A stretch of DNA of 64,000 bases from the IMG/VR virus record IMGVR_UViG_3300014038_000199; one strand, 5' to 3'. The stretch is from a virus. Its lineage: Duplodnaviria > Heunggongvirae > Uroviricota > Caudoviricetes. Made by a program: the position numbers and the translations under genes. The notes beneath the pieces are model-generated. The model ran no database searches. It saw nothing but the letters and a program-made list of their open reading frames with translations, and was not told where the DNA came from. Below, piece after piece: positions 60,918 through 64,000 of the stretch (its first letter is position 1; each line of letters opens with the position of its first letter).

Positions 60918-63373
60918 AAATATTAATATGTGCTGGTGATAAAAGTAATAATTTATTAGATGCATTGGGGAAAAAATTTTCTGATGGATCTATAGAGTTT
61001 GATAAAGAGTGTTATGTAAGTGATATAAACGACTATTTGAATAAGGGTGGTTCATTTAATAGGATAGTAGTGACTGCTCAGGCTATTGATAAAGATGGAA
61101 CTTTTGCGAGTAATATAGAATATCAGATGTTTATTATAGCTACTTTAGTTGAAATTCTAAAAGAAAGACAACCTAAGTCAGATTTAGTTTTTCTTTTAGG
61201 GGATAATAACGAACTAGCCGACATAGCATATAATGAGTGTTATTCCTTGGGAGATAGGGTAAGAGTACTTCATTTAACTAAGGATGTTAAAGTAACTGTT
61301 AATTTATTAGTTAAAGTGTGTGTATTGCCTTTTGATAAGATGGATGTTGACATTATAAATACTTACATATACAAAGGAACTGATGTATCGTCTAATATAA
61401 GTGCTACAGTAGGAACTGATAACAACTTTACTAATATGGTTAGAGTAGGAGACTTAGATGAAGAATCTAATGAATTTGATACTACTGAGCCAGGTTATCA
61501 AGATACGGATAATTACAGTGAATTTGATGAGAGTGGATTTGAAGAAGATTTTGATAATACAAATGACTTTGAAGAAGATGACTTTGAGAGTGATGACTCT
61601 ATTGAAACAGATGAATTAGGGGAAGATTTTTATGAAACAGAAGAAATAGAAGTTGATAAAGATGAAAGCATAGATGAAAGTTTATCTGAAGATTATGAAC
61701 ATAATTTTGATGAAGATACAGATGGTATTGAAACAGATTATGAAAGTGATTTTGATACAGATAGCTTTGATACCTCTGATATAGAAGATGAAGCAGACTA
61801 TGAAAGCGATTTTGATACAGATAGCTTTGATACCTCTGATATAGAAGATGAAGCAGACTATGAAAGCGATTTTGATACAGAGGGCTTTGATACAGAGGGC
61901 TTTGATACAGAGGGCTTTGATACAGAGGGCTTTGATACAGAGGGCTTTGACAAATCAGATACAGAGAATTTTGATGGAGATAGCTTTGATACATCTGATA
62001 TAGAAGTAGATGACTTTGATAGTAATGGATTTGATACAGAGGACTTTGATGAAGATAGCTCAGATACAGAGGACTTTGATACAAATAGTGATATTGAAGT
62101 TGCAGATGGAGAATTTGATAGTTCAGATGGTGATACTGACTTTGCAAATGGAGACTTTGATAGTTCAGACGGTGATATAAATAACTTTGATATTGAAGAT
62201 GATAGCAATGGCGTAAACTCTGATCTAGCAGAGGATGATTCTGATACATTCGAGAGTGAAAATGATTTAGCTAATGATTTATTTGATATAGAGGATACAG
62301 ATGATAGTGAAATAGATGAAACTGATAAATTATTTGAAACTGAGCCTGATGAAGCTGAGCCTGAAAATGAAGAAATTGAGACAGAAGATGTTATAAATAA
62401 TATAAGTAATAATAATTCAAATACCAGTGAAGTTCCCAAGAAAAAAAGTTTATTTGGAAGAGCCAAAGAGTCTAAAACATCTAATAATTCGAATGTTTCT
62501 AATAAAACAGACTTAACTGAGTTAAAAAAGATTTTAGATTCTTATAGTAGAAGAGGACATTGTATGCTAGTATCTGGAACTTCTAATAGTGGTACTACTA
62601 CCTTAGCTGGTAATATAGCTAATGTAGTTGCTGGATTAGGATATAATGTTGCTATAGTTGATTTTGATTTAAGTAAGAGAGGACAAACTTATTTAAGTAG
62701 AGATGCTTTTATGGCAGTAAACAGTGATAGTAACTATACAGATACTCTTATGAAAGTAATAAATAATAGAAATTCAAATATAAGTGCTAATAGTGCAATA
62801 GTAAAAACTGGGTTAAATTTATTTGGAACAAGTGTAGAAGAGGATACTCCTAATATAGAAAAGATAGTTAAGAGTCAAAATGATTTAAGGGATTTTATAT
62901 ACAATTTGAAAACCATATATAACTTTATAGTTATAGATAGTCCTATAGATTACTTAGATAAGTACTTATCAGAATTAGTAATATGTTCAGATAGTATAGT
63001 ATTAACTGTAGAGCCAACAAATAAAAGTTTATTAGAGTTTACCATGAACTTAGTAAATATAGAAGAGTATAAAGTAAGCAGAGATATTTTTAGTAGAGCA
63101 AAGATTGTAGCTAGTAAGGATAGTGGTTCTGTTGATAAGATATTAGGTAAAAAATGTAATAATTATAATAGCATGCTAAGATTGTTAGACCAACATATTT
63201 ATGATGTAACTGGAAATGAGACAGGTGGAATGTTTTCTAATTTAAGAGTATCGGGAGTTATTCCTAGCATAGCAAATTTAGATTCATACATATACAGCAA
63301 GGGATATTTCAGCGATACTAAGCTAGGAAAGGAGATGTACTTAAGTGTTTTAAGTGCTATAATGATAGGATGA
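60914..63373 (+). CDS. TadZ-like protein: REC-like N-terminus, long acidic FDTEG/FDTD repeat linker, and a C-terminal Lys-less MinD/ParA-like domain.
   Basis: N-terminus MKILICAGDKS (receiver-like). C-terminus VSGTSNSGTTTLAGNIANVV plus NFIVIDSPIDY. ATGA overlap with the upstream gene. Confidence 0.5.
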   Translation: MKILICAGDKSNNLLDALGKKFSDGSIEFDKECYVSDINDYLNKGGSFNRIVVTAQAIDKDGTFASNIEYQMFIIATLVEILKERQPKSDLVFLLGDNNELADIAYNECYSLGDRVRVLHLTKDVKVTVNLLVKVCVLPFDKMDVDIINTYIYKGTDVSSNISATVGTDNNFTNMVRVGDLDEESNEFDTTEPGYQDTDNYSEFDESGFEEDFDNTNDFEEDDFESDDSIETDELGEDFYETEEIEVDKDESIDESLSEDYEHNFDEDTDGIETDYESDFDTDSFDTSDIEDEADYESDFDTDSFDTSDIEDEADYESDFDTEGFDTEGFDTEGFDTEGFDTEGFDKSDTENFDGDSFDTSDIEVDDFDSNGFDTEDFDEDSSDTEDFDTNSDIEVADGEFDSSDGDTDFANGDFDSSDGDINNFDIEDDSNGVNSDLAEDDSDTFESENDLANDLFDIEDTDDSEIDETDKLFETEPDEAEPENEEIETEDVINNISNNNSNTSEVPKKKSLFGRAKESKTSNNSNVSNKTDLTELKKILDSYSRRGHCMLVSGTSNSGTTTLAGNIANVVAGLGYNVAIVDFDLSKRGQTYLSRDAFMAVNSDSNYTDTLMKVINNRNSNISANSAIVKTGLNLFGTSVEEDTPNIEKIVKSQNDLRDFIYNLKTIYNFIVIDSPIDYLDKYLSELVICSDSIVLTVEPTNKSLLEFTMNLVNIEEYKVSRDIFSRAKIVASKDSGSVDKILGKKCNNYNSMLRLLDQHIYDVTGNETGGMFSNLRVSGVIPSIANLDSYIYSKGYFSDTKLGKEMYLSVLSAIMIG
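61741..61880 (+). repeat. Near-perfect 60-bp tandem duplication (2.3 copies) inside the 60914 CDS.
   Basis: tgaaag(t/c)gattttgatacagatagctttgatacctctgatatagaagatgaagcagacta appears twice with one mismatch, plus a partial third copy. Confidence 0.85.
61871..61945 (+). repeat. Perfect 15-bp x5 tandem repeat (tttgatacagagggc) encoding (FDTEG)5.
   Basis: Five identical contiguous units inside the 60914 CDS. Confidence 0.9.
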
Positions 63374-63924
63374 TAGTTTATCATGGTTCAAATTCAAATT
63401 TTACTGTATTAAAAGTTTCTCCTAGGTTAACTAAGAGTAGTAGCAGATATTTAAGTGAGGGGTATGGGATATACTTCTCACTTAAACCAGATGTAGCTAA
63501 GAGTTACGGAAAATATTTATATACTCTTAATATAAATGATAAATATTTAGTAGATTACAGAAAAGAGTCAGAGTGCAGAAAGCTTTTAATAGCTTACTTA
63601 AATTTAGTCAGTAAAGAAACTAAGACTGATTTAAGTTTATATATTACCATAAATAATATGGAGAATATAACCAAGTCTTTAAGTTCAGGTAGGATTAGGC
63701 TATATAGCTTAGATAATGAAATAAAAGACTTATTGGAATGTGATTATAAGTTTTATGAGAACTGTTCTGATACAGTTAGAGAAAACATTTACAGGAAATT
63801 AAGAGTAATATTAAAGAAAAAGCTTAAAGTTTATTTGTTTAAGTCTGATATACCAGATATAGGAATTATAAAAGATGTAAGTGATACTGTTGTGAAGATA
63901 ATAAGCAAGGAGAAAGTAAGATGA
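63370..63924 (+). CDS. Hypothetical protein.
   Basis: ORF overlapping the upstream stop (ATGA). Confidence 0.3.
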   Translation: MIVYHGSNSNFTVLKVSPRLTKSSSRYLSEGYGIYFSLKPDVAKSYGKYLYTLNINDKYLVDYRKESECRKLLIAYLNLVSKETKTDLSLYITINNMENITKSLSSGRIRLYSLDNEIKDLLECDYKFYENCSDTVRENIYRKLRVILKKKLKVYLFKSDIPDIGIIKDVSDTVVKIISKEKVR

Positions 63925-64000
63925 GTGGTTATTCAATAAATATAGAATTAGAGGGGTTTAGTAAGCTAGATATAGCTGAAACATCTGCAATATCTGATAG

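Noticed and set aside
61599-62466. Minus-strand ORFs of 202-216 aa (S/L/Y/Q-rich).
   Set aside because: These are antisense artefacts of the FDTEG/FDTD repeat-coding DNA in the 60914 gene.
1-64000. Classifying the window as a tailed-phage genome segment.
   Set aside because: No terminase, portal, capsid, tail or lysis cassette signatures were recognised in 64 kb. The phage-like content is confined to replication enzymes, so a plasmid, phage-plasmid or conjugative element is equally or more likely.
1-64000. tRNA or other structured RNA genes.
   Set aside because: No cloverleaf-compatible GTTC(G/A)A T-loop plus acceptor pairings were found in intergenic regions by eye. Covariance-model searches were not possible, so absence is provisional.

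Overview
AT-rich (~29% GC) window with about 60 tightly packed genes, essentially all on the + strand, including many TTG/GTG starts and translational coupling; the first ORF is truncated at the window start. No virion structural genes, tRNAs or CRISPR were recognised. I read it as part of a large mobile replicon of a low-GC Firmicutes/Clostridia-like host. The inferred host rests on Cys-lipobox lipoproteins, clostridial-type cell-wall-binding repeats and the lack of a secretin. The element is a megaplasmid, phage-plasmid or conjugative element.

Recognisable modules:
(i) 2-2847: the C-terminal part of a large NlpC/P60 cell-wall hydrolase plus a lipoprotein.
(ii) 3465-5430: a PC4/YdbC-like ssDNA-binding protein and a DHH-DHHA1 (RecJ/NrnA-like) phosphoesterase.
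(iii) 5519-13531: a complete Tad/Flp-pilus-like apparatus. It comprises a CpaB-like protein, a TadZ/CpaE-like atypical MinD, the TadA/CpaF ATPase, TadB/TadC platform proteins, three N-anchored pilin-like proteins and a REC-like protein. There is no secretin, no prepilin peptidase and no canonical Flp motif.
(iv) 13767-17894: a ParM-like actin, followed by a coiled-coil TadZ-like protein and a ribbon-helix-helix-like protein.
(v) 19011-26827: phage-like replication genes. A FEN/5'-3' exonuclease and a compact family-A DNA polymerase (motifs A, B and C in one 402-aa protein) are interleaved with unknown genes.
(vi) 27935-29745: a 1.9-kb ORF-free array of about 46 degenerate ~39-bp direct repeats (core AGTGAATTA, sub-core AAACCTA), ending in a perfect 11-bp hairpin. 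A helix-hairpin-helix (HhH) protein with IS110-C-terminal-like features follows it.
(vii) 30.8-46.7 kb: an SPFH protein, six small polytopic membrane proteins, a 3D-domain wall-binding protein, a 1273-aa secreted giant and acidic-repeat proteins.
(viii) 46773-50565: a DnaX-like clamp-loader ATPase, an HU-like protein and a YdjM-like protein.
(ix) 50.5-63.9 kb: an 880-aa lipoprotein, a 1672-aa polytopic giant and a third TadZ-like protein carrying perfect 15-bp x5 and 60-bp x2 tandem repeats.

The most notable candidates are the iteron/centromere-like array, and the pairing of a Tad-type ATPase machine with three paralogous Lys-less TadZ-like proteins and giant envelope proteins inside a replicon that carries a phage-like replication kit.
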